A program made the translations under genes and the position numbers. Below are positions 10,225 to 22,956 of a DNA stretch of 64,000 nt, in pieces. This DNA comes from Dictyostelium discoideum. Its lineage: Eukaryota. Location: assembly GCA_000004695.1 (NCBI GenBank), contig CM000151.3:256001-320000 (forward strand). The letters are read 5' to 3'. The stretch's first letter is position 1, and the number at the start of each line of letters is the position of its first letter. The notes under the pieces were generated by a model, which saw nothing but the letters and a program-made list of their open reading frames with translations, ran no database searches and was not told the origin of the DNA.

Positions 10225-13200
10225 ATGATTGAAGGAAATTTTGAAAAAAACAATGATAACCAAGTTGCAATAATTGGTCTTGGGCTAAGATTACCAGGTA
10301 ACTCGGGATCTCCTTTAGAGTTTTGGAAAAACTTGCTTGGTGGTTTTGATGGAATTGTTGATTCTAATGAAAGGTAAAAAAAAAAAAAAAAATTTAAAAA
10401 ATAAATAAATAAAAAATTAGAATTATAAAAAAAAAAATAAAAATAAAAAAAAAAATAAAAATAAAAATAAAAAAAAGTGATGGCGACTCACCTCTAACAC
10501 ACCATATTTTTTTTTATTTTAATTTTTTTCTTTTTTTTCATTTTCATCACCGTTGTCTTCATTTTTTTTTTTTTTTTTTAAATTATTATTTTTATTTATT
10601 TAGATGGAGCGACACATTCCATAGTATGGGAGAAATCTCAAATAAGAATGCAGGATTAATTGACTTGGAAGAGAATTGGCATTCTTTTGAGCCATTGTTT
10701 TTTGGGATCAATCCAACCGATGCTAAACAAATTGATCCACAAATTAAATTAATGTTAAAGTTAACATGGGAAGCATTTGAAGATGCATCAATTGATCCTT
10801 TAAAACTCAGAGGAACAAATACTTCTGTTTTTGTTGGTGCCGCAAATACTGATTATTCTTTTATTAATTTCGAATAAAATGAAGCGCCAATCAATGTTTT
10901 TAATGGTACTCTCAGCGCATTTGCAAATAGAATATCATATTGTTTTGATTTACGTGGTACTTCATTAACAATTGACACTGCATGTTCATCATCATTAAAT
11001 GCAGTTCATTTAGGATATGAATCAATTGTTAATGGTAAATCAAATTACTCTGTAGTAGCTGGTTGTAATATATTATTAAGTAATTATTATTATAATATTA
11101 GTAGCACACACATATATATAAAATAGTTTTCATATTTCTAATATTTTATTTTTATTATTATTATTATTCTAAAAAAAGATCCATATATTACTAGATCATT
11201 TCATTCAATTAATATTACAGGTAAATCTGGTAGATGTAATTCATTTGATGAATCTGCTGATGGTTTTGTACGTTCAGAAGGTGTTGTTGTATTAATTTTA
11301 AAAAGATTATCACTTGCAATTCAAGATAACGATCAAATTTATTGTGTAATGAAAGGAAGTAGTTCAAATGTAGATGGTACTTTTAAGAAAACAAACTTTT
11401 TTGCACCTTCAAAAAGTGCACAATCAACTAATATCAAAAATGCATTTTTATCATCTAATGGTGCAGTGAAATATCAAGATATTGATTTCTTTGAATTACA
11501 TAGTACAGGTACACAAGTAGGTGATCCAATCGAAGTTGAAGCTGTTGCTGATATTTTTAAAAATGTTAAACAAGAACCATTATTAATTGGATCAGTTAAA
11601 TCAAATATTGGTCATCTTGAACCTGCATCAGGTGTAGCATCATTAGCAAAAGTTTGTTTAATGTTTAAACATCGTCAATTTGTAAAGAATATCCATTTCA
11701 ATAACCCAAATCCAAATATTAAATTCAAAGAATGGAATGTTAAAGTATGCACAGAAACAACAGCATTCCCAGATAGACAAGTATCAATGGCAATCAATAG
11801 TTTTGGTATAACTGGTTCAAATGCATGTGTTTTATTGTCTGAATATATTAAACCTTCAGAATTAAAAAATCAAACATCCATGAAATTAAATGAAAAATCA
11901 AAATTATTAATACCAATATCAACCAACTCAAAGAAGTCACTCGAACAATTCAAATCAAAACTACTTGAAGAAATTGATACATACTCTGAAAGCTTAACTT
12001 TTGAAGAGTTTGCAATGTTCCAAGTTTATTCAAAAACAACCAAATTATCACAAAGATCAGTTTTAATTGGTAATGATTGGAATGATTTAAAAATTAATAT
12101 AAATGAAATTATTTCAACAAAAAATAATAAATCTGGTAATATTATCAAATCAAATGATATTAATCCACCATTAGTATTTTCATTTTGTGGTCAAGGTCCT
12201 CAATATTCAAAAATGGGTTTAGATTTATATGAAAATGAACCAATATTTAAACAATATATGGATTTATTAGATTCAATACTATTTAAATATTATGGATATT
12301 CAATCATTCAAAAACTAAGATCAATTAATGATGATCCAATTCTAATTAATGAACCAATATTAGCTCAACCATCTATATTTATGATTCAAATATCATTATA
12401 TAAATTATATTTGCATTGGGGAATCACACCATCAATAATAGTTGGCCATAGTTTAGGAGAAGTAGCCAGTGCATTTTGTTCAGGTATGATTGATTTAGAA
12501 ACAGCATGCTTCGTGATATATAAAAGAGCAATCATTCAAAATAAAACCAATGGATCTGGAAGACTTTTAGCAATTGGTTTAAATCTTGAAGAATTCTATA
12601 ATCAATTTTCAAAGGAATATCCAGAAATTGAAATTTCATGTTTTAACTCACCATCATCAATCGTTGTATGTGGTAATGAACATGATATATTAAATATTTC
12701 AAAATCATTAAAAGAGAAACAAATATTCAACTCTTTATTAGGTACACCATCAGCATTTCATTCATCAAAACAAGATATAATCAAAGATGAAATTATAGAA
12801 TCAACCAATCATATCCGATCAAGACCACCTTCTATAACAACATTTTCAACAGTCACATCAAATAAATTCGATAAAAATACACCTTATAATTCAAATTATA
12901 TATTTGACAATTTAAGAAAGCCAGTATTATTTCAACAAACCATTGAAAACATATTCAAACATATTGAATCAAATGATTTAGGTAATTCAGTAATATTTTT
13001 AGAATTGTCACCTCATCCAACTTTAAACCATTATGTTAAAGAAATGATTCCAAAGAATTCAAATTACTTTTTAAACAAAGATTCAATAAGTGTATTATCA
13101 TCAATAAATAAGAAAAAAGAAGATATCAACGAAATTCAATCAACAATTTCACAACTTTATTGTTTTGGTTACAATGTCGATTTTAGTGCCCAATTTAAAT

Positions 13201-16200
13201 CGGAAATAACATCAAATTCATTCAAGAAATGCTCATACATAATACCACATTATCAATGGGATGAATCATTATTTTGGAAAGAAGGTATTTCATCAATAAA
13301 TAATAGAAAGAATGGAGTATCAATAAATCAACTTGGTAATAAAAATGAATCATCACCACATATATCATATACATCATATATCGATATTAAAGAAGAACCA
13401 TTTAGATTCTTAAAAGATCATCAATTTCGTGGTAAATCAATTTTCCCAGGAGTTGGTTATTTGGATATTATTTTAAAACTTTTCCCAAATCAAGATTTAA
13501 CCATACCACTTTTAGAATTTAAATCACAATTTATATTATCTGAAGGTGTAAAAAAAACTCTTACAACCAATCTCTACAAAAGTGCAAAGAATGAATATAG
13601 AGCAACATTTAATTTTAAAGATCAAACAAGTGGTAAGTGGGTTCAATCTGCAAATAGTAGAATTTTAATGAAAAGTTTAGATGTAACAGTTAAAAAAGTT
13701 GATATTCAATCAATACGTGATCAATGTAATTGGTCAACTTTGAAAAGAGATCAATTATATAACTCAATTAAAAACTATTCAAACATTTCAATATTAGAAT
13801 CATTTCAAAGAATTGAAGAAGCTTCATATGGTGATAATAGATGCCTGTGTAAAATTTCATTGGATCCAACTTCAAGCTATGATAATGAATCATTTTTAAA
13901 TATTTGCATTATTGATACATGTATACATCCATGTATTTTCTTTGATAACCCAGCTTCGTCTGTTTTTGAAAGAATTGAACATTTAAAAATTTATTCTTCA
14001 AGTGTTCCATTAACTGCAGAAGATAGAGTGAAGCAACAATACGTTTACTGTTATGTTGAACTTATTAAACAATTTAGTGATTTTATGTATTTAAAAACAA
14101 CTTGTTTCTTAAAAGATGGTACTGTTCTATTACATTCTCCATTGGTAACAATTGCATCTACACTATCAACAAAAAATGAAATTGATATTGAATGTCCAAA
14201 CAATCAATTATTTTCACAATGTCTTCAACCAAAAGATTCAATTTTACAATCACCATTAATATTGAAAGAATATTTTAATCAACAACTTCAACTTCAACAA
14301 TCAAATATCATTTCAATATCTACTCTATCATCATATCTTTTTTCCACATTAAAGAAAATATTAAATAACCTCACCATTGATGAATTTCAAAATGATTCAC
14401 TTGAACAGTTGATTGAAAAATATTCATATATCTTGGAAGAAGTTCAAGAAGTTGGTACTATCAGATCCAATTTAATCCTCTTAACAATCAACTTTTTATT
14501 AACACATCACAAACATATTGATCAAAACCAAGTTTCAAACTTTCTCTTGAATAACATTCCAAACGAATTATTAGTTGTTGATAATATTGTTTCAAATAAA
14601 GGTATTTCACATATTGGTATTTATCAACATCAATTAATTTTAGATATAATTTCAAAATCAATTATTCCAATCGTAAATGAAAAAATAGTTTTTAGAATTT
14701 TAGAAATTGGATGTGGTGTTGGTGAATTAACTAAACTAATCAATGATAAATTAGAATCAATTTTAAATGATAATCCATCATATAACATTGATATAGAATT
14801 TGTATTTTCAGATTATACCGATTCAAAAGTATTATTAATTAAAGAAAGATTGTTCAGTTCAAAAAAGAGTTGTTTCTTTAAAATTATTGATTTAAACAAA
14901 CAATTACAAGAACAATCATTTTCACCATCTTATTATGATTTAATTATTCTATCAAATACAACAAATCAAATTAAAGATATCAACACATCAATTTCATTTG
15001 TAAATGAAATTTTAACTCCAAACGGTCATTTATTAATTTTAGATACAAATTTCATTCAAACATCAATAGATGAAGATTATTATTTAGAAAACTACAAACA
15101 ATGGTTATCATTTAATTATTTAAATTCTGGTAGTGGTGCAATGAAACTAAATCAATGGAATCAATTATTAATAAATGATTTGAAATTTAATAATTTCATA
15201 TGTTCAACAGGTGAAATTGAACCATATTTGATTCAAGTTCAAAAATCAAATTTATCAAATTCAATTAATTCAGTTAGTAAAGAGCATACATCAGAATATG
15301 ATCAAATTATAATTTTTGGTACTTGTGATGAAATTAATATTGGATCTTCTTTCTATGGCTTGGTTCCAATAGCAATAAATTCAATTGATAAGTTTAAAGA
15401 ACATGTCAAATTACAACAATTAACTGATAAATCATTAATATTATTTATTGAATCATTAAATCTATTAACAGTTGATAATTTTAATCAAGTCTCAATGAAC
15501 TATATAGAAATCAATCAACATTTATTAAAAAATGAAATTTCAGGTTGTAAACATATTTTAATTTCAAGAAATGTAAACTTTGAAACTTCAAACTTATTTG
15601 GATCATCATTAATTGGTTCATTTAGATACTTTTGTGAATTCAATCAATTAAATATATATTCATTTGAATTTGAAGGTAATAATATCCTTAGTGGTGATAA
15701 ATTATTTAATATTATTCAAGAATTATCAAATTCAAGCAAACATTCACAAAATGAATTTTCAATCAGAAGTGATGGTAAAATTTATTATGAAAGAATTAAA
15801 TTAGAATCAAATTTAAAATTAAAATATAAATCAAAATCATATATTGAAAATAAAAATGAATTAGTTTCAAGATTAAAACCAGATTTAACATTTGCATTAG
15901 AAGCGGTATTACCATTGAATCCAAATTTTGTTGAAGTTAAAGTAATGGCAAGTGGTGTTAATTTTAAAGATTTCTTAGTTTATCGTCAATTAATTAATAT
16001 GGCAAATTCAAATGAAAATGGTGATCCTTCAAAACCACAATTTGGATATGAACTAAGTGGAATCGTTACCAAAGTCGGTAAGAATGTGACCAAATTCAAA
16101 GTTGGTGATCATGTAATGGGAGGTGCTTTTCATACATTTTCATCAAGTGTTCATGTAGATCAAGAAAGAATCGAATTAAAACCATCAAACATTTCTTGGT

Positions 16201-17016
16201 TTGAAGCATCACACTCTTTAGTTTATTTAACTTCATATTGTAGTTTATTCGAACTTGGTAGATTGGATTTATATGGTTCAAGTGAAACAGTTTTAATTCA
16301 TTCAGGAAGTGGTGGTATTGGTTTATCTTGTATCGATTTATTACAAGTATATGGATTTAAAGGATATTTATTTGTAACTGTAGGCTCTGAAGAAAAGAAA
16401 CAATTTTTAAAAGATCGTTATGGTGATTTCATCACAGAGATTTATTCAACTAAAAATACAGACTATGAATATTTAATTAAAGAGAAATTAATTGAATTAA
16501 AAGCACCATCTCAAAAATATGGTAGTTTTTCAATGATTTGTGTGGATTTAATTATAAATACTTTATCAGCAGATTATATGTCCTGAATTTTCAAATAATC
16601 ACAACTTTATCCATCGTTCGTCAAATTATAAAATTCATCAAGATACTTTAGGTAAAACAATATTAATAACAGGTCAAGCAGGTCTTTCAGATACAATCAT
16701 AAAATGGATAAGAGAAAAAAGATCAGATTCTATTGAATCAATAATAGTATTATCAAAATCACCAATTAAATTTGAATTAGAAAGAGCAATTGGTAGAATA
16801 AGATCAACAAATTTGAAAATCTATTTTAAACAAGTTGATATTTCAGATGAAAAACTTTTATTAAAATCAATTAATCAATTATTTGAAGAAAATAAAAATA
16901 TTAAACCAATTGAATCAATATTCCATAATGCATTTTCACCAGCAGAATGTGAACCATTAGAAATTGATATGAATCATTTAATTATTGGTTTGATTAAAAA
17001 AAAAAAAAATGAATGA
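10225..17016 (+). pseudogene. Type I iterative polyketide synthase (Dictyostelium pks family), domain order KS-AT-DH-cMT-ER-KR(partial). Three lesions: in-frame TAA at 10875-10877 inside KS; frame change near 16580-16590 between ER and KR; KR truncated at 17016 with no ACP, immediately upstream of the transposon at 17116.
   Basis: Exon 1 10225..10373 ([30 protein letters not shown]...). Intron 10374..10603 (GTAAAA..TTTAG). Exon 2 10604..11079 with KS active site TIDTACSSSL. Intron 11080..11178 (GTAATT..AAAG). Exon 3 11179..16586. AT domain GHSLGE at ~12444. DH motif HQFRGKSIFPGVGYLD at ~13417. Methyltransferase LEIGCGVGELT at ~14700. ER KVMASGVNFKD at ~15940. KR Rossmann motif TILITGQAGLSD at ~16660, in the +1 frame. 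...DYSFINFE-TAA-NEAPINVFNGTLSAFANRISYCFDLRG is continuous KS sequence across the stop. Confidence 0.6.
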
Positions 17017-17115
17017 TCACATCCATTTTTTTTTTTTATATTTTATATTATTTTGTGCAAAATAAAAAAATAAAAAAATACACAAAAAACATATTCCCAA
17101 AAATTCAAATTTGCT

Positions 17116-17245
17116 GTTGTAGGGAATTTTCAATAAAATTTCACTGCCCAGCCAAAAAAAATTTAGGGTCAGTGATTTTTTTTTTTTCACTGTGAAATTA
17201 TCAAAATCACTGACCCTAAATTTTTTTTTTTTTCAAAAAACAAAT
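17116..17245. repeat. Left terminal inverted repeat of the transposon at 17116..19590
   Basis: Matches 55694..55820 in direct orientation and 19480..19590 and 60945..61054 in inverted orientation. Confidence 0.6.
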
Positions 17246-17306
17246 AAAGTTTGTTATTTTTTTGTTTTTAATTATTAATTCCTATTTTAATGGTTAATTA
17301 TTATAA

Positions 17307-17338
<32 letters not shown>

Positions 17339-18712
17339 TTTTTTCTCATTTTTTTTTTCTTTTTTTTTTATTTTCATATTTTCATTTTAGGACAACAAAT
17401 TATCAAACATTAAAGAAATCTAAAACTTCAGAATATTTATCATTTGAAAATAATTTAATTTAAAAGAAATGTGAAGAGTTTATATTATTTGTTATTAATG
17501 AATTACCAAAATTAAAATACTTAATTGGGTATTAATTTCAAAAGATGAAAGAACAAAAGCAGCAAAATTAGATAGTGAAGGTTTCTTTCAAAACAATTCT
17601 AAGTGTTACTCCAGTTGTTATCAATAATAAAAAATAAATAATAATAATAATGTGATATCATCAGCTCAATCTTCACTATCATTAAGTAGTGCATCAACAC
17701 CAATTCCAACTCCATTAAATACTAGTAGTAATAATATTGGTGGTAATACTACTACAAGTGTATCAGTGGGATAATCCCCAACAATTAGGGGTATACCATC
17801 ATCACCAGATCAACAAGTTTTATTCAACGCAAACCATCAGTCGGTGCAATATGATGCCAAAATTAAATTCTTCTTTGAATTGATCAACTGATTTCCTTGG
17901 TAAAGAAAGAGAAAATCATCAATCATCTTCACCTTCATATTCATCATTATCAATATCATCATCATCACAACAGCAACATAATAGTAACAATCATCCAAAA
18001 TCGATTGATGAAGCACCTGAAGTATTATCACCATTTGATATTTTACAATCAAAAGTTAATGCAGAGAATTCTTTATCTTCATCACAAGATTTAAATCAAC
18101 ATAATGTAACAACGGCTAGTCAAATTTTACAAGAAATTAAACCAACTAAAGAATTAACTAAACAAGAAACTGAAGCATGCAATTCCAGAGGAACCAATTG
18201 AAGAATGTAATAAATCAACTACAACCACTGCAATTAAGATCATCTTCTTCATCTTCTTCATCTTCTACAACAACAACAAAAACAACAACAACATCACCAC
18301 CACCACAACAACAATTAGATTCGCCATTACCATTACCAGTTAATATTATTAATATGCCAATGGATGATGATGAACTTATTAGTGATGGTACAATAAGTGG
18401 TGCTTAAACTAATGATGGTATCAATTATTGTACCATCATTAGTTAAAGAATCATCAAGAGAATCATTATTGGCTACAACTATTGATAATTCAACATTATC
18501 AACTACACCATCACCATCTCCAAAATTACCAACTCTTGAAACTGCTAAACCATTGTTACATCATCATCTTCTTCTTCTTCAAACACCACTACTCAAACTA
18601 ATAAAGTTTCTGGTGGTTCTGCTAAAGAAATTTGGACTAAAATTGATCAAAATACTGCACCATCAACTCCATCTAAAATTTTACCAAAAAGATTACCTTC
18701 TCAATCAAATCT

Positions 18713-18713
<1 letters not shown>

Positions 18714-18774
<61 letters not shown>

Positions 18775-18778
18775 TAAT
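18714..18778 (+). repeat. (AAT)n microsatellite, ~20 units
   Basis: Direct read. Inside the transposon at 17116..19590. Confidence 0.9.
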
Positions 18779-19342
18779 TAATTAAATAAATAAACAAAAA
18801 GAATAAATAAATAAAAACAATAAATAAAAAAAAAGATAATAAAATAAAACTACAATCTTAATTGAAAAAATAAATAAATAAATAAATAAATAAAATAAAT
18901 AAATAAAATAAAACTAGTTTTAATAAATCTAAAACTTTGTAAATATGTTTTGAAAAAAAAAAAAAAATTTTTATTTTATTGTTTAACTAAATTTGGTTTA
19001 AAATTCAAATAAAGAACTATCTACTCTAAAAAAGAAACCCTTTTCAAATGATAATTGTTGAACACCATTTCTACAATCACTACCGTCATGAGTAGAAAAT
19101 TACCATTTAAACTAAATTGAATAAATCCACTCGATAACCTGTTGGAAATTAGCTACTTGATGTTTTTTAATTATTATTTATTGTTTATTTGTTTATTTGT
19201 CTATTTATTTATTCATTTATTTATTCATTTATTTATTCATTTATATATTCATTCACTAATAATATTACCTACTTTAAAATTGAAAAAATGAAAATGAAAA
19301 AAAAAAAAAAAAAATTGAAAAAAATTGAAAAAAAAAAAATTG

Positions 19343-19391
<49 letters not shown>

Positions 19392-19479
19392 TCCCCATAT
19401 TTTTAATATTAAATAAAATAATAATTAAACCCAAAAATAAAATTCCCATTTAATAAACTTTATTTGTTTTTTGAAAAAA

Positions 19480-19590
19480 AAAAAAAATTTAAGGGCAGTG
19501 ATTTTTTTTTTCACTGCACAACTGTAGTGAAATTAAATAATAAAATTCACTGCGCTGGGCAGTGAAATTTTATTGAAAATTCCCTACAAC
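19480..19590. repeat. Right terminal inverted repeat of the transposon at 17116..19590
   Basis: Reverse complement of 17116..17245. Ends ...ttccctacaac. Confidence 0.6.
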
Positions 19591-19866
19591 AAAATAAATT
19601 TTTTGCTACCTCTAGTTTTTTTTAATCTATAATAAAAATATAAATATCCAAAATTATTAATTGAAATTTAATTGATTTTTAAATTGACAAAAGAAAAAAA
19701 AAACCGATATCTTGGACATCCAAGACAAAATTTTTTTTTTTTTTTAATTTTTTAATTTTTTTTCTTTTTTATTTTCTGCTTTTTTTTTTTTTTTTTTTCT
19801 TTTAAACAAAAAAACATAAATAAAAATAAAAAATAATAAATAACAAATAAATAATAAACAATTATA

Positions 19867-22800
19867 ATGAATAATGAATATAATGAAATATTATTTTGGA
19901 AAGTTTTTAAAAATAAATATTTATTAAATTATATATTAAAAAATAAATGTTGTCGTAAAAGTAAAAAATTTAAAAATATCACATCAGTAGATTCAATGTT
20001 AAAACATAAATTATATCAACTTTTGATATGTAAATTAAAAGCAGATGAAAATTTAAAATTTAAACATAGAAATTATAAAATCATGAATGAAATAAAAGAT
20101 ATAGAAGTATTCAAAGAGATATATTCATTATTACTTTTTAAAGGTTACCAAGGCTCTGAGGTTTTATTCGAAAAGATTTGGGGTATAAAATCAGTAGATT
20201 TATTTGATTTTCATATAAAATATCATCCAGAAGTATTTCAAACCTATATAGATCTTAAAATACACTCAATCTTCATATATAATCATCCAAAATTAATAAT
20301 AAAGGTTTTAAAATTTTTAGAAGAGTCCATCAATCATAATAAACCATTTACTTTTACCAAAATTGAAAGAAATTTTATCATTATGGAATATTTATATTAT
20401 AAACAACACCGATGCAATAGTGAAGAATTTAAAGAAAAGATGGAAATAATATCTAATATTCCAATATCTTCAACCTCAATACTTCAAAATTCATTTTCAA
20501 GTTCAGATAATAGTGTGGATGTAAATTGGTATCTAAAAAATAAAAAATTAATACCTTTTGGATTTAATAATATTCAAACATCATTTCATTGCTCTAAAGA
20601 AACTTTAAGATATTATTTCTCTCGTATTGGCGAGAAGAGAGATAAAGATATTCAACAATCTGTTTATTGCAAAAATAATTTAAGAATGTTTTCAAACTTT
20701 TGTTCTGACTTTGATTTTGCTATTTCCGACATCTATGAATGTATCTCTTCATCTATCAATTCAGTTTTATTATATTTTAAATTGTATTATTGCAACTATC
20801 ATGAATTTAGTAAATCAAAAAGTATACCAACATCGATTCAAACTCAAATTGATATAATAATTGGAAATAGTAAACATAGTGATTATAATGAATATCAATC
20901 AATTAAACAATTATTTCAACTATTTATTAATGAAACTAAATCTAATGTTTTATATGCATGGTATTTAAAAGAATATAATGAACCAATTGACACCATTCGA
21001 CTCTGTGAAAAAATTAAACTATTGTTAATATATTTTATGGCAAAAACCTATAGCACCAATATATTAAAGTTTCTATTGAAAAAACATGTAAAAATCAATA
21101 TAACAAAATCAGATTTGGACTATATTGGTGAAACATATCTCAACACTTTATTCAAAAGTAATCAAATAGATAATAACAATATTATTATGTTCTATAAAAT
21201 CTATTCCACACAAAAATCAATCATTATAGAAGATATTGAAGAAAAACCATTAGATGATGTAATATCAACAAAGGAACTTATCGATTTGCCTGAAAAACAA
21301 TTTCAATTAATTCTATTATCGAAATGGAAAGAAATTACATCAAATCTAATTGATAATGATATGATTGTTACAATTAAAGATAAAGAAACAATCGATTGGT
21401 TATCAGATATCGAAACAGGTGGTTGTAGTATTTTAAAAATAAGAAATGCTTTAAATTCAAAATTAAATCAAATGAAACTTGATTTTAGTACATCAGAATT
21501 ATTAGAATATGCAAGAATCAAATTTAAACGAGTAATTCCAATTTTAGATTCAAATAAACAGTTGTGTAATATTCACATTTTACGTACTCATGATGATATT
21601 GTATCATTAATCAATCGATTAAACCAATCAAACTTTAATGATAATGAAGATTTATTTAAATATTATATGATTCAAATTATTCAATTTGGTTCAAAAAATT
21701 CAATTAAATACCTAAGATTAATTTGTGATTCTATTGATGGGTTATTGTTGGACTATCTTGATTGGGGGGTTTTAGTAATGAGAATATTTAATTACGATTT
21801 GAGACTGTTTTATATTAACTCATATATATATGATATTTGGGATGTTTCGGCAGGTTATCATGAAAATGAAAAATTCAAACAATATAAAATACCAACTCAA
21901 CAAACATGTCAAATAATCAATCTCACTAAAATTAAAGTAAATTTCAATAACTTTCCAAATGTAACCTCTTATTTATTTCAAACATTTATTGAACTTTTAA
22001 ATTTTGAAGGTGTACAATTTATTCTTGATAATTTAAATGGTAAAGATTTAAAATTACATGAAAAAGCATTTAAAGATCGTTTTGATCATAGAATCTATAC
22101 ATGCAAATATTTATATAAAGATTTAATTGATATTATTCAGTTTTTAATTGATAGATTCAAAGATGGTCAATTATCATTATCAAATTTATCATTGATATTA
22201 AATTTCTTTTATTTAAAGTTAATTAGAGTCAATAATTTAACAATTGACCAAATTAAAACAGCTCATCAATTAATATCAAATTATATCAAAATAAAGAGTT
22301 CAAAATACACTTCATACTATTATTTAAAAACTTTTTCACCAATCATCGGATCATGTGTAGTCGTTATTGAAGTTCCCTGTGGTAGTTCTTTAAAAGAACC
22401 ATTCTTGAAATATTATATAAATACATCAGTATATACATTCGAATATATATTTACTGATAGAAATAATAAAGATTTAAATCAATTTATCGATTCAACAATC
22501 ATGGACATTGTAAAAGATAACTTTAATATCCAAGTCTCCAAGATGTTAGATTATAATAATCCAAGAGTTAATTTATTTTTACATTATTTCGAAATTGAAT
22601 TAAAATTTAGAAAGGAAAATAAAATCAAAAAACCATTTTTAAAATACCAACTATTGAAATTAATAATTAAAACATTTGATTTAGAATCATTTATTAAATT
22701 AGATAATTTATTACAACAATATGAACAAGAGGATGCTAATGATGATGGTGGACATGAAAATATAATAGGATCTATAGATAAATATAGATCCTATAGATAT

Positions 22801-22956
22801 TATGTCAAACCATTAGCATCTAATATGGTTGAATGGTTTGGTATAATTGTATACAAAGATTATTCAGATTATCAAGATATTATAAATTACTTATTTAATA
22901 AATATAAAAGCCAATTGAAACCATATGTAAATTACTATAAATCAAAAATCTGGTAG
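19867..22956 (+). CDS. Large hypothetical protein (1029 aa), N/K/I-rich with no recognised domain. Its N-terminal EILFWKVFKNKYL motif resembles EILFWKLFRNKAIY in ORF 47584..48540(-).
   Basis: Single long ORF with non-repetitive codon usage. A tandem hairpin plus T-run lies 90-150 bp downstream. Confidence 0.5.
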   Translation: MNNEYNEILFWKVFKNKYLLNYILKNKCCRKSKKFKNITSVDSMLKHKLYQLLICKLKADENLKFKHRNYKIMNEIKDIEVFKEIYSLLLFKGYQGSEVLFEKIWGIKSVDLFDFHIKYHPEVFQTYIDLKIHSIFIYNHPKLIIKVLKFLEESINHNKPFTFTKIERNFIIMEYLYYKQHRCNSEEFKEKMEIISNIPISSTSILQNSFSSSDNSVDVNWYLKNKKLIPFGFNNIQTSFHCSKETLRYYFSRIGEKRDKDIQQSVYCKNNLRMFSNFCSDFDFAISDIYECISSSINSVLLYFKLYYCNYHEFSKSKSIPTSIQTQIDIIIGNSKHSDYNEYQSIKQLFQLFINETKSNVLYAWYLKEYNEPIDTIRLCEKIKLLLIYFMAKTYSTNILKFLLKKHVKINITKSDLDYIGETYLNTLFKSNQIDNNNIIMFYKIYSTQKSIIIEDIEEKPLDDVISTKELIDLPEKQFQLILLSKWKEITSNLIDNDMIVTIKDKETIDWLSDIETGGCSILKIRNALNSKLNQMKLDFSTSELLEYARIKFKRVIPILDSNKQLCNIHILRTHDDIVSLINRLNQSNFNDNEDLFKYYMIQIIQFGSKNSIKYLRLICDSIDGLLLDYLDWGVLVMRIFNYDLRLFYINSYIYDIWDVSAGYHENEKFKQYKIPTQQTCQIINLTKIKVNFNNFPNVTSYLFQTFIELLNFEGVQFILDNLNGKDLKLHEKAFKDRFDHRIYTCKYLYKDLIDIIQFLIDRFKDGQLSLSNLSLILNFFYLKLIRVNNLTIDQIKTAHQLISNYIKIKSSKYTSYYYLKTFSPIIGSCVVVIEVPCGSSLKEPFLKYYINTSVYTFEYIFTDRNNKDLNQFIDSTIMDIVKDNFNIQVSKMLDYNNPRVNLFLHYFEIELKFRKENKIKKPFLKYQLLKLIIKTFDLESFIKLDNLLQQYEQEDANDDGGHENIIGSIDKYRSYRYYVKPLASNMVEWFGIIVYKDYSDYQDIINYLFNKYKSQLKPYVNYYKSKIW

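Larger units (their letters stand above)
17116..19590. mobile_element. Non-autonomous TIR DNA transposon (~2.5 kb). Its ~120-bp terminal inverted repeats are shared with the 5.4-kb element at 55694..61054. The interior holds only degenerate, frameshifted S/T/Q/N/H-rich ORF debris and microsatellites.
   Basis: Left end GTTGTAGGGAATTTTCAATAAAATTTCACTGCCCAGC...TCACTGACCCTAAATTTTTTTTT. Right end is its reverse complement (...AAATTTAAGGGCAGTGATTTTT...GAAAATTCCCTACAAC). The right end also carries an internal 35-bp direct repeat CACTGC.CTG..GTGAAATT. Confidence 0.6.

Noticed and set aside
16096-16281. Minus-strand ORF inside the PKS ER domain
   Set aside because: Antisense to a long conserved PKS exon. 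Spurious.
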